Counted from the first letter of the stretch, positions 1-13,149 are shown. The stretch: DNA of 64,000 nt from Eledone cirrhosa (GCA_964016885.1 OZ024743.1:375224001-375288000), one strand, 5' to 3'. Program-made: numbers and translations. Notes: generated by a model from the sequence alone, not told the origin.

Positions 1-408
1 TTGAGATCCAATCCGGCCACACGGTTTCGATTGCCACAGTAGTATTCACTGCACTTAGAATGTAATGTCACTATATTCTCTGGAAATATAAAATAATGTA
101 GTTATGCTGAACATGCCATCGCAGCAGTCTGTGATAATGTCTTTTAAAAGAAAAAAAAAGAAGAACAACAACAAAGAAACTATGTAATATTTTGTGATAC
201 TTTTTATCGAAATATGTGTTATTTATTGTGTTGGATTTTTTCGTTTGTTGTTGTTACTGTTGTTGTTGTTGTTGTTGTTTAACCCCAGGTCAGGCCTACC
301 TGCTCCAGATATCCAATTAGGAAACAATCTCCAGCCAGCTGTCATATCCGGCTTTGCTGTGCATCTCATTTTTACAGTCACGTACACACGCACGCATACA
401 CACACACG

Positions 409-440
<32 letters not shown>

Positions 441-756
441 TACAGACACACACACACACATATACATATATATATATATATATATAGATAGATAGATATA
501 TAGATACATATATATATATATAGATACATATATATATAGAGAGATAGAGAGATATATAGATATATATACATATATATACATATAGATATATAGATATATA
601 TACATATATATACATACATATATATATATATGCGATGAAATACCTATGATCGTTTGGTAAATCACTGATGAGGGACTCATTTTATAACATGATATCCATC
701 TGCAACCATGCAGTATTCTTCTCACCCATATTTTTCATATATATATATATATATAT

Positions 757-923
757 AACGGAGGAAATGTGGTAAGGAACCAGGTGGACCATAAAGCACC
801 AAAGTACTCAATACTTAGGGTAGTAGAGTGGGTAGAGTATTTGAAATACCAGGATAAAAATTTTCATTTAGTCCAGAATTAGCCGTCGAAACGGCTTGAG
901 CTCAGCCGTCGGGGTCCTACTCG

Positions 924-926
<3 letters not shown>
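757..926. mobile_element. Family A short inverted-structure element (3' half of U3-A8 hammerhead) in (TA)n
   Basis: 757-835 matches the family A tail (AACGGAGGAAATGTGGTAAGGAACC) in minus orientation. 841-926 carries TAGCCGTC-GAAA-CGGCTTGAGCTCAGCCG-TC-GGGGT on plus. (TA)n lies on both sides. Confidence 0.8.
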
Positions 927-979
<53 letters not shown>

Positions 980-1076
980 TTATCTTTGAATATTTACTCC
1001 AGTAACTTGTTGAGTGCTCTATATTAGTTATAAACATTTATGTTTGTCGGAATTCCAACAAATTAAATACAACTCT

Positions 1077-1123
<47 letters not shown>

Positions 1124-1169
1124 GTATATGTAAATGAAATAATTATCTTATAATTATCTTATAATTATC

Positions 1170-1239
<70 letters not shown>

Positions 1240-1282
1240 CTCTTATATCTGTTTTCCTTTTTCTCATCCACTTACATTTTAC

Positions 1283-1347
<65 letters not shown>

Positions 1348-2344
1348 ATATATATATATATATCTGTGTGTGTGAACGCGCGCCCGCGTGTATGTGTGTG
1401 AAAGTGTGTGTCTGCATGTGTATTTGGAAATAGAATTAGAAGCTTTCGCCGTACTTTTCACAATAGGAAATAGTCTATTAACAGGGCATATAATCCCCCA
1501 GAACGGAAACAAATGGACATCAGCCCGTGTGGGGTTCAAAGTCACACCTCGTGTTAACCGGACAAGCGGGCTACTGATTACACCAATATATATATATATA
1601 TTTTTTTTTTGCTATTTCAAATTGACCTATTTTGTTACGTTTTGAGACAAACCCCGTATTTTATTTTGGTTCTTTTTAGAACATCCACTACCTAGGTCTG
1701 ATTTAACTCTTGCGGGGCACGGGGCACTTTAGTTTTGTGGAGCTGTTCATACACACAAAAAGGGTAGAATACACAGCAAACCCACCAATTTTACATATCA
1801 AAGTCAGCTTGGTACAAGTAATTGGAATTGAAAAGTTAGACATACAAGTATCAAATTCAAAAATTCTACCCATCCTTAAAATAAAATACCATCAGAGGGC
1901 ACAAATAAATTGCTACGGCCGTCGCTTGTCGGGACCTCCACGGCAAGGGGTCCGAGGCAAATCCCCCCCCCCCCCTGCTCCCTCCACCCCTATTAAATCC
2001 GTCCCTGGTCACTACTGACCCTGCGTTCCTTGTTCAAAGTATCTCATCCGTGTGTTTCATTCCATCAGCTTCACTATTCCATAAGCTATCACATTCTTGT
2101 CGTTCTGATATTTGATCTAGAGTTTCACGTGTCATAGTTTTTGAGATTTCTCTTCTATATTATTTTGTATTCTTTGCTCCGGAGTTCGTAAGTTACGACG
2201 GATGGATCACACCTCCATAGGACATTTCCTTTCCGTTGGGTAAGGAGCATATTAAACTATCTATTCCCTACCTTTACGTTCACACTCTTTAGTACTCAAT
2301 TGTTTTCATTACTTCATTTTTCCGTTCGTCTCTCTTTTCTACCC

Positions 2345-2417
<73 letters not shown>

Positions 2418-2472
2418 TCTCGCTTTATTTCTTTCCCCTCTTCTCTCTCACTCTTCATCTGTCTATTTAACA

Positions 2473-2562
<90 letters not shown>

Positions 2563-2618
2563 AAGAACACAAGAGCGTCTACAACATCAAAAGGTTTTTA
2601 TTGGCTAACAAAATATAT

Positions 2619-3028
<410 letters not shown>

Positions 3029-3079
3029 TTATATATATGTCTGTCTATCTATCTATCTATATCTATCTATCTATCTATT

Positions 3080-3630
3080 TAACGATAAAGCCGCCTCCCC
3101 TCTTCAAAAACGAAGGAGAGGCGGTGTTTCTGTGCGTAATAGCCATGGCGAAAGAGGTTGTATGGTGGACGCGTCTGAAAGGACTGAGGTCAGACACCTT
3201 TCTCTCTGGCCAACAACTGGTCCGTTTCTTCCGATATCATTTCGGAAGAAGGATCAGGATGGAAAGAGAGGTGCTGCACCCCAGCTGTTTTCATGAAAGA
3301 TGGGTGAAAGTGGCGAGAATGGCCCGTGTGAATGGGCCTTCACTCTACATCAGATTATAGGTGAGGAAGATGAAAGATCAAGGGAGCACCCCCTCTCTGT
3401 GCTCCTGAGGAGAAGGGCTGCACGCTTTTTTCGGGGGGGGGGGGGCGACCCCCCAAGGCGCCTCCTCCCTATTGAGGATTGTGTTATTAAATTAGTTTTT
3501 GTTATATTTTATATATTATTTTTTATATCTTGTTATTGCCTCCTCCTTATTGAGGATGCCTTTTTATGTAAACTCCCTCCATTGTACATGTCCCACTTTT
3601 TGATGCCCTGGTGGCAAATAAAAAGAAAGT
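3080..3630 (+). mobile_element. Tx1/L1-clade non-LTR retrotransposon 3' end, copy 1
   Basis: ORF2 C-terminus (KPPPLFKNEGEAVFLCVIAMAKEVVWWTR...ERWVKV) is nearly identical to copy 2. 3' UTR ends in AATAAA. Flanked by (TCTA)n. Confidence 0.7.
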
Positions 3631-3704
3631 TATCTATTTATATATATCTATCTATCTATTTATATATATCTATATATCTATCTCTCTATCTAACTATATC
3701 TATA

Positions 3705-4575
3705 GAGGGTTGATCCGCAGCAAGTGCGACGACGCGCTCGGTGAAACTCTAGGCGTAGAGGAAATAAACTGGCCAGTCTGTTCGGTAGGACCTTCCGCCC
3801 GGGACCGATGGACAACTTCCAAAAGTCCCTGGCCTGACAGTGCTACTGAGGAGCTCTACCAGTTCGAAGCAAGCTCTACAGACATGGGCGCCCGGGCAGG
3901 GAACCTGCAAAAAAGATCTGTCCGAGGTGCGTGCGTAACGAAGAAACCGTCGCGCACGAATTCATACACTGCCCGGGCGTCACTGACCTGTGGGGCTATG
4001 TAGAACGACTATTGTCGATGGTGGGACCAATCCGGTTGACCACCGAGTCCATTGTCATGATCAAACCGCCACCCTCCTTCAAAAACGAAGGAGAGGCGGT
4101 TTTCCTTTGTGTGATAGCTATGGCGAAAGAGGTTGTATGGTGGACAAGGTTGAAAGGGCTGAGGTCAGACACCTTTCTCTCCGGCCAACAACTGATTTTT
4201 TTTTTCAAATACCACTTTGGAAGAAGAATCAGGATGGAGAGAGAGATTCTGTACCCCAGCAAGTTTTATGAAAGGTGGGTGAAAGTGGCGAGAATGGCTC
4301 GAGTGAATAGGCCTTCTCTCTATATCAGCCTGTAGGTTGAGGAAAAGGAGGAGGAGAGGAAAGGAGTACAAACTCTTCGTACTCCTGGAGATGAGGGTTG
4401 CGCATTTTTTCGGGGGTATGTGTTACCCATATGAACTGTCTCCCTCTATTGGGGAAAATCGACTAATTTTTTTAATTGCATTTGTGATAACATTTTACAT
4501 GTTTTTATTCTATGTAAATTTCCCCCTTTGTATTTGTCCCCTTCTTTTGTGCCCCTGTGGCTAATAAAGAAACAT
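3705..4575 (+). mobile_element. Tx1/L1-clade non-LTR retrotransposon 3' end, copy 2 (frameshifted)
   Basis: CCHC knuckle CPRC..NEETVAHEFIHC..LW, typical of the L1/Tx1 ORF2 C-terminus. Ends with AATAAA then (TCTA)n. Confidence 0.75.
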
Positions 4576-4639
4576 ATCTATCTAACTATATCTATCTATC
4601 TCTTCCTATCTTTCTTGTTTTCTACTTCAGTCATGTGAT

Positions 4640-4930
4640 GACGTATGGAATGATAGAATGTTTTGCTCTTACGATCGTGAGTTCAATTACTGATAGCGCG
4701 TTGTGTCCTTAAGCAAGACACTTTATTTCACGTTTCTCCAGTCCACTCAACTGACAAAAATGTGTTGTGCATGTAAATTCAAAGGGCTAGCCTTGTCACA
4801 CATTGTGTCACGATAAATCACCCTGAGAAGTGCGTTAAGGGTACACGTGTCTGTGGATTGCTCAGAAAATTCCACGTTAATCTCATAAAGCCTGTTGTTC
4901 TGTTCTTCAAACAACTAGTAAATTCTTCGT
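4640..4930 (+). mobile_element. CORE-type tRNA SINE, diverged
   Basis: B-box-like GAGTTCAATT followed by GTGTCCTTAAGCAAGACACTTTATTTCAC, shared with 5915-6030 and 41065-41200. Confidence 0.65.
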
Positions 4931-5287
4931 CAAAAGTGACGGAGATCCAACACATAATTTCAGTCATTCTGTATCTCGTCTGCTATGTAGACGTCTATTC
5001 ATATTTACTCCTACGTAAACTGTGTTATAAACTTCCTTTACGGTATTATAAATAAAAATGTGTGAAGAAAAAGAAAAGTTTAAAAGGAAATTTAGAAAAT
5101 TGAATACAACCTCGATGTCTTTATTTTCCGTTTCCGTCTAAGAAATCTGACATATCTTCTATATACTACACAAGATTAAATATTTGCTATTCGTTCGACT
5201 ACCGGTTATATATATATATATATATATATATGTTTGTGTGCGCGTATGTGTACACACACATGCACACACACACACATGCACACACAT

Positions 5288-5352
<65 letters not shown>

Positions 5353-5914
5353 AAGAGAAAGAGAAAGAGAGAAAGAGAGAGAGATTAAGAAGAATCGCAG
5401 TCAGTGTTGCAGTATATGTACACACTTTAACATTTATATATATACATATATATATATAGCGAAAGAGAGAGAGAGAGACTGACAGACCGACAGACAGACC
5501 AACATATAGACAGAAATACAGAGATATCAGTATTTCCAAACTAACGTTATGTTTATACCAAGTTATTTTGTTACGTAACACAGTTTTACTTAAAATTAAG
5601 ATCGATAAAATAAATGAGACACAGAAATATATATTGGGTTCGATACGATCGATTAATTCCTTGAAGCGTGTATCCCAGCATGACATGACTCCTGTCCAAT
5701 CACTGAAACGTGAAATAAGAGTAAATGTAATCGATATGAGTTGATAGAACATTGGCTATTTGTTCCGGGTCTCTGAGTTCAAATTCTGCCGAGGCCCATT
5801 TTGTTTTTTCAACCTTTCGGGTTGGAAAAGGAAAGTTCCAAGCGGATGCAGCCTTCTCCTTCTCCATTTGTCACATGGGGTAGTAGAGTATGGTTATATT
5901 ATAAAGAAGAGAAT

Positions 5915-6030
5915 GCGTGTGGCTGATTGGTTAGAGAACTGGATTCGCAATCGTGAGGTTGTCAGTTCGATTCCTGGACCAGGCGATGCGTTATGTCCTT
6001 GAGCAAGACACTTTATTTCACATTGCTCCT
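5915..6030 (+). mobile_element. CORE-type tRNA SINE (5' part)
   Basis: A box TGGCTGATTGG, B box GTTCGATTCC, then ATGTCCTTGAGCAAGACACTT. Confidence 0.75.
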
Positions 6031-6602
6031 TCTACCTGGAATTGCGTCCGATAGATAGTATTAGCAATTGGAAAGACCAACGGAAACATTGTTTCCTCGG
6101 TCCGATTTGACGAAAGTCGATCGACAAATATATAATAAAGAGTCGGGACCAGACGGCTGAGCTCTTGCCGTTTCAATAACCAGTTCCAGACTATCCAAAA
6201 CTATTATGCGCGCACACAGACACATGTATATTGTGTGATTTTACGCCGTATGTAATAACATCGAAATATTTCTGTTATTATCAGTCATGATATATATCTT
6301 ATAACATATGATCACAGTTCCTGTGATCTCTAAAACCAAACTTCAGTGTAAATAGATAGTTACTGTAGTAAGACAAACAATGTCCTTCTTTATGGCTATA
6401 TCATCTTACCACAGTTTTTTATCGAGTACTATTTCATATCTTGTATGTTTTAGGAGCAGGATATTATACAGTTGTGGTCCTTAGACCCCCTCCTCCGCCT
6501 CATAGGCCAAGACATTTAACCCCTTTGCCACTATGCAGTGGCGCCTACTTCGAGGAATTTCTTCATATATATACTCATACACACCTATATACACACACAC
6601 AG

Positions 6603-6652
<50 letters not shown>

Positions 6653-7076
6653 TGTGTGTGAAACAAGTGAAACTAGGTATTGAAGCAGATATTGTTATAT
6701 TTTGGGAGAGACATGCTACCAATATAACTGATACACGTGTTTTTATAGGCAATACGACTCTTCCAATGAGAGAGAGTGGTGGGAGCAGAGAGAGGGAGAG
6801 AGAGGCATATAGAAAGAGAAGCATGCACAGAGAGCGAGTGAGAGTGAGAGAGAGAGAGAAGTGCAGAGAGCGCGACGCATCTATGATTGAAGAAGAGCCC
6901 TATCGCATGTTGTAGCATTCGGGAAGTATTTTGACTATAACTTTGAGTCAAGCCAATTCTCCATCTGATAACAATTCCCTACCAGATAAGGATAAATAAA
7001 TAAATAAGTAAATAAGTGTTGATATTCTCTCTCTTTCACTCATTGCCCTCGTCTCTCTTGTACTCCCCATCTCTCA

Positions 7077-7260
7077 TTGGCAGTATCGGTAGAGAGTCGG
7101 ACACCATGCTTTGAAGCATAGAGTTACGTCCCTTTATGATCTGAGTTCAAATCCCGCCGAGGTTAACTTTGCCTTTCATCCTTACGGGGTCGATAAAATA
7201 AAGTACCAGTAATGTACTGGGTATTTGCTGGCCTTGTGCCTAAAATAGAAACAATTATTA
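7077..7260 (+). mobile_element. tRNA-derived SINE (abundant family S1)
   Basis: TGGCAGTATCGGTAGAG, B box GAGTTCAAATCCC, central TTTGCCTTTCATCCTTACGGGGTCGATAAAAT and tail GGCCTTGTGCC...AGAAACAATTATT. More than 10 copies in the window. Confidence 0.9.
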
Positions 7261-7261
7261 T

Positions 7262-7525
7262 ATGCAAATAGGGGCCCACGCGCTGGCTGCCCCGACGGAC
7301 AGAATAGAGAAGGCGTTTCCCCAGAGTATGGTGAGGGAAACGCATTGAAAGAGCAATTCCAGCTCACGAGGCTCTACACCTGCGGGTAGCCATCTCTGCG
7401 CCGATGGTGGCAGTAGAGAGGCGGTCTTAGGGCCAAGGATACCGATATTTGCAAAGTTTACACTCCTCGGCCCGAAACGCAGCAGAGCCTGGATTAGTCG
7501 CTGACTGCAACAGGTTGCCGAAATC
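7262..7525 (-). mobile_element. CRE-like non-LTR retrotransposon 3' fragment (RLE C-terminus)
   Basis: Minus translation gives NLLQSATNPGSAAFRAEECKLCKY and GILGPKTASLL...PRELELLFQCVSLTILWGNAFSIL, resembling the CRE-clade C-terminus (QR.S.AIQRGNA). Homologous to 38453-38635. Confidence 0.65.
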
Positions 7526-7785
7526 AGTTAAATGGACGTCTGACCTTTTGAATTACAAATACAGTTCATCATTCGTCAGGTTTACGATCTCCGTCCGACC
7601 AATTTCGCTGAAAAGGCTGCAGTAAACCCGAGACTATATTCAAAGATGATTGGTCAAAATACCGTGGAGTTGGATTGAACAAGGAACATCATGGTACAAC
7701 AACAAACATTAGGCAATCTGTAATTCTGTGTTTATGTGAGTGTGCTTGGATGTGTGTTTGTTTGTGTGTATGTGTGTGTGTGTGT

Positions 7786-7873
<88 letters not shown>

Positions 7874-8558
7874 ATGTGTGTGAGTGTGTTTGTGTGTGTA
7901 TGAGTGTCTACGTGTTTGTGAACGTGTATTTGTGTATCGGTGTATGTGTTTTCGTGTGTATCTGAGTGCCTGTGCGTTTTTTTGTGTGTGTATGTATACC
8001 TATGTTTGTGTGTCCCTGTGTACGCATGTTTGTGTATGTGTGTGTGTGTGCGTATGTGTCAGTGTGTATGCCTGTGTATGTGTCTATGCCTGTGTGCATG
8101 TATATTTGTGTCTATATGTGTGTGTGTGTCTATATATATATATATATATGTCTATATATTTATGTCTATATGTGTGTGTGTGTCTATATATATATATATG
8201 TCTATATATTTATGTCTATATGTGTGAGTGTGTCTATATATATATATATGTCTATATATTTATGTCTATATGTGTGTGTGTCTATATATGTAAGTGTGTC
8301 TATATATATGTATATCTATATGTGTGTGTGTGTGAGCGTGTCTATTTATATGTCTATATATGTGAGTGTGTCTATATATATATGTATATCCATATGTGTG
8401 TGTGTCTATGTGTTTATGTGTGTGTGTATCTAAGAGACGGCACGTTACACACCAACAGAGGGGGAAAAGAGAAGTATATGTGATCCTATGTACATACAAT
8501 TGACTTTCTATAAATACATACATAAGTTTTATCATGACCAGCTAGTTAGATTGTCACT

Positions 8559-8640
<82 letters not shown>

Positions 8641-8645
<5 letters not shown>

Positions 8646-9176
8646 AGAGTATTGAAGTTTGCTTGAAGCACTGTGGAATAATAAGATATATTTTCTTTAG
8701 GTCGTTTTGGAAGCCTCAACAATGCAGAGGGGTAAATCTCCGGGTAACAAGATCCGGTGGTGGAGAGAGAGATGTAAGTGGGTGTACGTTGAGATGCGTG
8801 GTGTGTATAAGACGTGTAGAGGAATGAAGGAAAGAGTATAAAGGATAAAATAAAAATAACAACACGAGAGAGAGTTACCTTGGGAGAGATTTAATTGTCC
8901 CTATATATTTCGGATTCCCATCCATCAACTGGGGTTTTTTTCCGGAGGGGGGGATTGTCTGTCGGAAAGGTGCGAAACGCGTCCTCCGCTGTTTGTTGTT
9001 TTGAATATCTCAGATATTCAAAACAACGAACAGCGGAGGACACGTTCCTCTCTCCCCCACCGGATCTTGTTACCCGGAGATTTACCCCTCTGCATTGTTG
9101 AGGCTTCCAAAACGACCTAAAGAAAATATATCTTATTATTCCACAGTGCTTCAAGCAAACTTCAATACTCTCTTAT
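8641..9176. mobile_element. Family B inverted-repeat element in (TA)n
   Basis: About 130-bp terminal inverted arms (8641-8770 vs 9047-9176) and an internal palindrome at about 8980-9045. Related to 37340-37600 and 46013-46467. Confidence 0.8.
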
Positions 9177-9283
9177 ATATATATATATATATAACCAAAA
9201 GTTAAACAAGGTTTATTGATTAATCAATGGATATAGTTTTACAATAGATTAGAAGCACTCAACAAAGAGCTTTTGGGAGTTAT

Positions 9284-9525
9284 TAATATTAATTCAAAAT
9301 ATTAATAAATGTAGACATTCACGTAATCAAAATATATTTTATTATATATATACTGCCAAGACTGGAATTGAACCATCACCACAGTCGAGGTATGTCATAC
9401 ATCAATTTATGTATTTTATCTAATGAGGACGTACTGAAAAAACAGCACAGTACCTCCGAAATATATATAAAATATATTTTGATTACGTGAATGTCTACAT
9501 TTATTAATATTTTCAATTAATATTA
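9284..9525 (+). mobile_element. Short PLE-type element with inverted end and decayed minimal hammerhead
   Basis: Arms 9284-9351 and 9461-9525 are inverted. HHR fold at 9412-9474 with core CTAATGA. Second copy at 42626-42803. Confidence 0.75.
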
Positions 9526-9534
9526 TATATATAA

Positions 9535-9726
9535 GGCGGTGGATTGGCAGTATCGGTAGAGGGTTGGACGCCATGCTTTGACACATAGAGTTACGGCCCT
9601 TGCCATTCTGAGTTCAAATCCCGCCAAGGTTAACTTTGCCTTTCATCCTTACGGGGGCGATAAAATAAAGTACCAGTAATACACTGGGTAATTGCTGGCC
9701 TTGTGCCAAAAGTAGAAACAATTATA
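9535..9726 (+). mobile_element. SINE family S1, full length
   Basis: Same A/B boxes, central domain and tail as 7077-7260. Confidence 0.9.
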
Positions 9727-9761
<35 letters not shown>

Positions 9762-10244
9762 GGAAAAAATGAAATTTCATTTCTCACTCTAAGTACGGCT
9801 GATACTTAAATATAAGTATGTATACGTACATACATATATGTATACAGACGTACAGTAGTATGTATATACATACATGCACATATATATATATGTACGTATG
9901 GGTTTACCGAACATTTATTATAATGTTCGGTTTGTTTGTAAACAAACAGCCCGAAATATTTATTAGCCGTACAGTGTTCGGCAAACATCGTTGCCCTCTT
10001 GTTCAACACTGACAAAGGAACGATGAACTAGTTTCTAGCTTATTAGCTGTTATCAGCACTGTATAGCTTCCTGTCAGTCGATTGAACGTTTGAAAGTATA
10101 TACTTTCCTTATGCATATATATATAATAAAAATGGAGTGCTGCGTGGTTGCACATGGGTTACACATGAATAAATTAGTCCGTCATCAGTGATCTTCCAAC
10201 CTTCATTGGTATTTCATCAAATGCTATATATATATAAATGATAT

Positions 10245-10285
<41 letters not shown>

Positions 10286-10589
10286 GTGTGTGTGTGTCTC
10301 TGTATGTAAGTATGTATACATATGTAGAGAAAGGTACAGAAAGAGAGGTTGGGAACAAACAATCGATATCGTAATACAGCTTTTCAAAGTTAATTTACGT
10401 TCGATCTGTTTCAAATAACCGATCATGTATTCTGTTTTCTATGAATATTTGATATTTCACATTTGGCTTCCATTCATGTATGTGACTGGAGAATTACTGG
10501 TGGTAGGTCATGGTTGGGTAGCTAGGGAGGTGGGTGGGGAGGTAGGTGGGTAGGTAGATGGGTGGGTAGGTAGGGAGGGAGGTGGGGCG

Positions 10590-13115
10590 GGATACCTAGT
10601 ACATCGTGGTAGGTAGGTAGACATGGAAGTAAGGAGGGGGAGGGAGTTTGGTAGGTAGGTGGGTAGGTAGGTAGGGAGGTATACCTAGTATATCGTGGTA
10701 GGTAGGTGGGTAGGGAGGTATACCTAGTATATCGTGGTAGGTAGGTGGGTAGGGAGGTAGGTAGATATAGAGGTAGGTAGATATACCTAGTATGTTGTGG
10801 TAGGGAGGGAGGTAGGTATACCTAGTATATCGTGGTAGGGAGGGAGGTAGGTATACCTAGTATATCGTGGTAGGGAGGGAGGTAGGTATACCTAGTATGT
10901 CGTGGTAGGGAGGGAGGTAGGTATACCTAGTATGTCGTGGTAGGGAGGGAGGTAGGTATACCTAGTATATCGTGGTAGGGAGGGAGGTAGGTATACCTAG
11001 TATATCGTGGTAGGGAGGGAGGCAGGTATACCTAGTATGTCGTGGTAGGTAAGTAGGTAGGTATACCTAGTATGTCGTGGTAGGGAGGGAGGTAGGTATA
11101 CCTAGTATGTCGTGGTAGGGAGGGAGGTAGGTATACCTAGTATATCGTGGTAGGGAGGGAGGTAGGTATACCTAGTATGTCGTGGTAGGGAGGGAGGCAG
11201 GTATACCTAGTATATCGTTGTAGATAGGGAGGTAGGTATACCTAGTATATCGTGGTAGGGAGGGAGGTAGGTATACGTAGTATGTCGTGGTAGGGAGGGA
11301 GGTAGGTATACCTAGTATATCGTGGTAGGGAGGGAGGTAGGTATACCTAGTATATCGTGGTAGGGAGGGAGGTAGGTATACCTAGTATATCGTGGTAGGG
11401 AGGGAGGTAGGTATACCTAGTATGTCGTGGTAGGGAGGGAGGCAGGTATACCTAGTATGTCGTGGTAGGTAGGTGGGTAGGGAGGTAGGTAGATATAGAG
11501 GTAGGTAGGTATACCTAGTATATCGTGGTAGGGAGGGAGGTAGGTATACCTAGTATATCGTGGTAGGTAGGGAGCGAGGTAGGTATACCTAGTATATCGT
11601 GGTAGGTAGGGAGGTAGGTATACCTAGTATATCGTGGTAGGTAGGGAGGTAGGTATACCTAGTATATCGTGGTAGGGAGGGAGGTAGGTATACGTAGTAT
11701 GTCGTGGTAGGGAGGGAGGTAGGTATACCTAGTATATCGTGGTAGGGAGGGAGGTAGGTATACGTAGTATGTCGTGGTAGGGAGGGAGGTAGGTATACCT
11801 AGTATATCGTGGTAGGGAGGGAGGGAGGTAGGTATACCTAGTATATCGTGGTAGGTAGGGAGGGAGGTAGGTATACCTAGTATATCGTGGTAGGTAGGGA
11901 GGGAGGTAGGTATACCTAGTATATCGTGGTAGGGAGGGAGGTAGGTATACCTAGTATATCGTGGTAGGTAGGGAGGGAGGTAGGTATACCTAGTATATCG
12001 TGGTAGGGAGGGAGGTAGGTATACCTAGTATATCGTGGTAGGTAGGGAGGGAGGTAGGTATAACTAGTATATCGTGGTAGGTAGGGAGGGAGGTAGGTAT
12101 ACCTAGTATATCGTGGTAGGGAGGGAGGTAGGTATACCTAGTATATCGTGGTAGGGAGGGAGGTAGGTATACCTAGTATATCGTGGTAGGGAGGGGGGTA
12201 GGTATACGTAGTATGTCGTGGTAGGGAGGGAGGTAGGTATACCTAGTATATCGTGGTAGGGAGGGAGGTAGGTATACCTAGTATATCGTGGTAGGGAGGG
12301 AGGTAGGTATACCTAGTATGTCGTGGTAGGGAGGGAGGTAGGTATACCTAGTATATCGTGGTAGGGAGGGAGGTAGGTATACCTAGTATATCGTGGTAGG
12401 GAGGGAGGTAGGTATACGTAGTATATCGTGGTAGGGAGGGAGGTAGGTATACCTAGTATATCGTGGTAGGTAGGGAGGTAGGTATACCTAGTATATCGTG
12501 GTAGGTAGGGAGGTAGGTATACCTAGTATATCGTGGTAGGTAGGGAGGTAGGTATACCTAGTATATCGTGGTAGGGAGGGAGGTAGGTATACCTAGTATA
12601 TCGTGGTAGGGAGGGAGGTAGGTATACCTAGTATATCGTGGTAGGGAGGGAGGTAGGTATACCTAGTATATCGTGGTAGGGAGGGAGGTAGGTATACCTA
12701 GTATGTCGTGGTAGGGAGGGAGGTAGGTATACCTAGTATGTCGTGGTAGGTAGGGAGGTAGGTATACCTAGTATGTCGTGGTAGGGAGGGAGGTAGGTAT
12801 ACCTAGTATGTCGTGGTAGGTAGGGAGGGAGGTAGGTATACCTAGTATATCGTGGTAGGGAGGGAGGTAGGTATACCTAGTATATCGTGGTAGGGAGGGA
12901 GGTAGGTATACCTAGTATGTCGTGGTAGGGAGGGAGGTAGGTATACCTAGTATGTCGTGGTAGGTAGGGAGGTAGGTATACCTAGTATGTCGTGGTAGGG
13001 AGGGAGGTAGGTATACCTAGTATGTCGTGGTAGGTAGGGAGGGAGGTAGGTATACCTAGTATGTCGTGGTAGGGAGGGAGGTAGGTATACCTAGTATGTC
13101 GTGGTAGGTAGGTAT
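10590..13115 (+). repeat. 35-bp G-rich minisatellite (roughly 70 copies)
   Basis: Unit TAGGGAGGGAGGTAGGTATACCTAGTATATCGTGG, with 39-bp variants carrying an extra TAGG. Confidence 0.95.
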
Positions 13116-13149
13116 ACAAGGTGATAGACTAAGACATGTATGTAAACAA

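Noticed and set aside
1692-2007. Possible MITE ending TTAAATCCGTCCCTG
   Set aside because: The left TIR is too degenerate and no TSD is evident.
5915-5990. tRNA gene
   Set aside because: A and B boxes continue directly into a SINE core; no complete cloverleaf.
10590-13115. CRISPR-like regular repeat
   Set aside because: Head-to-tail units with no unique spacers, no cas genes, and a eukaryotic context.
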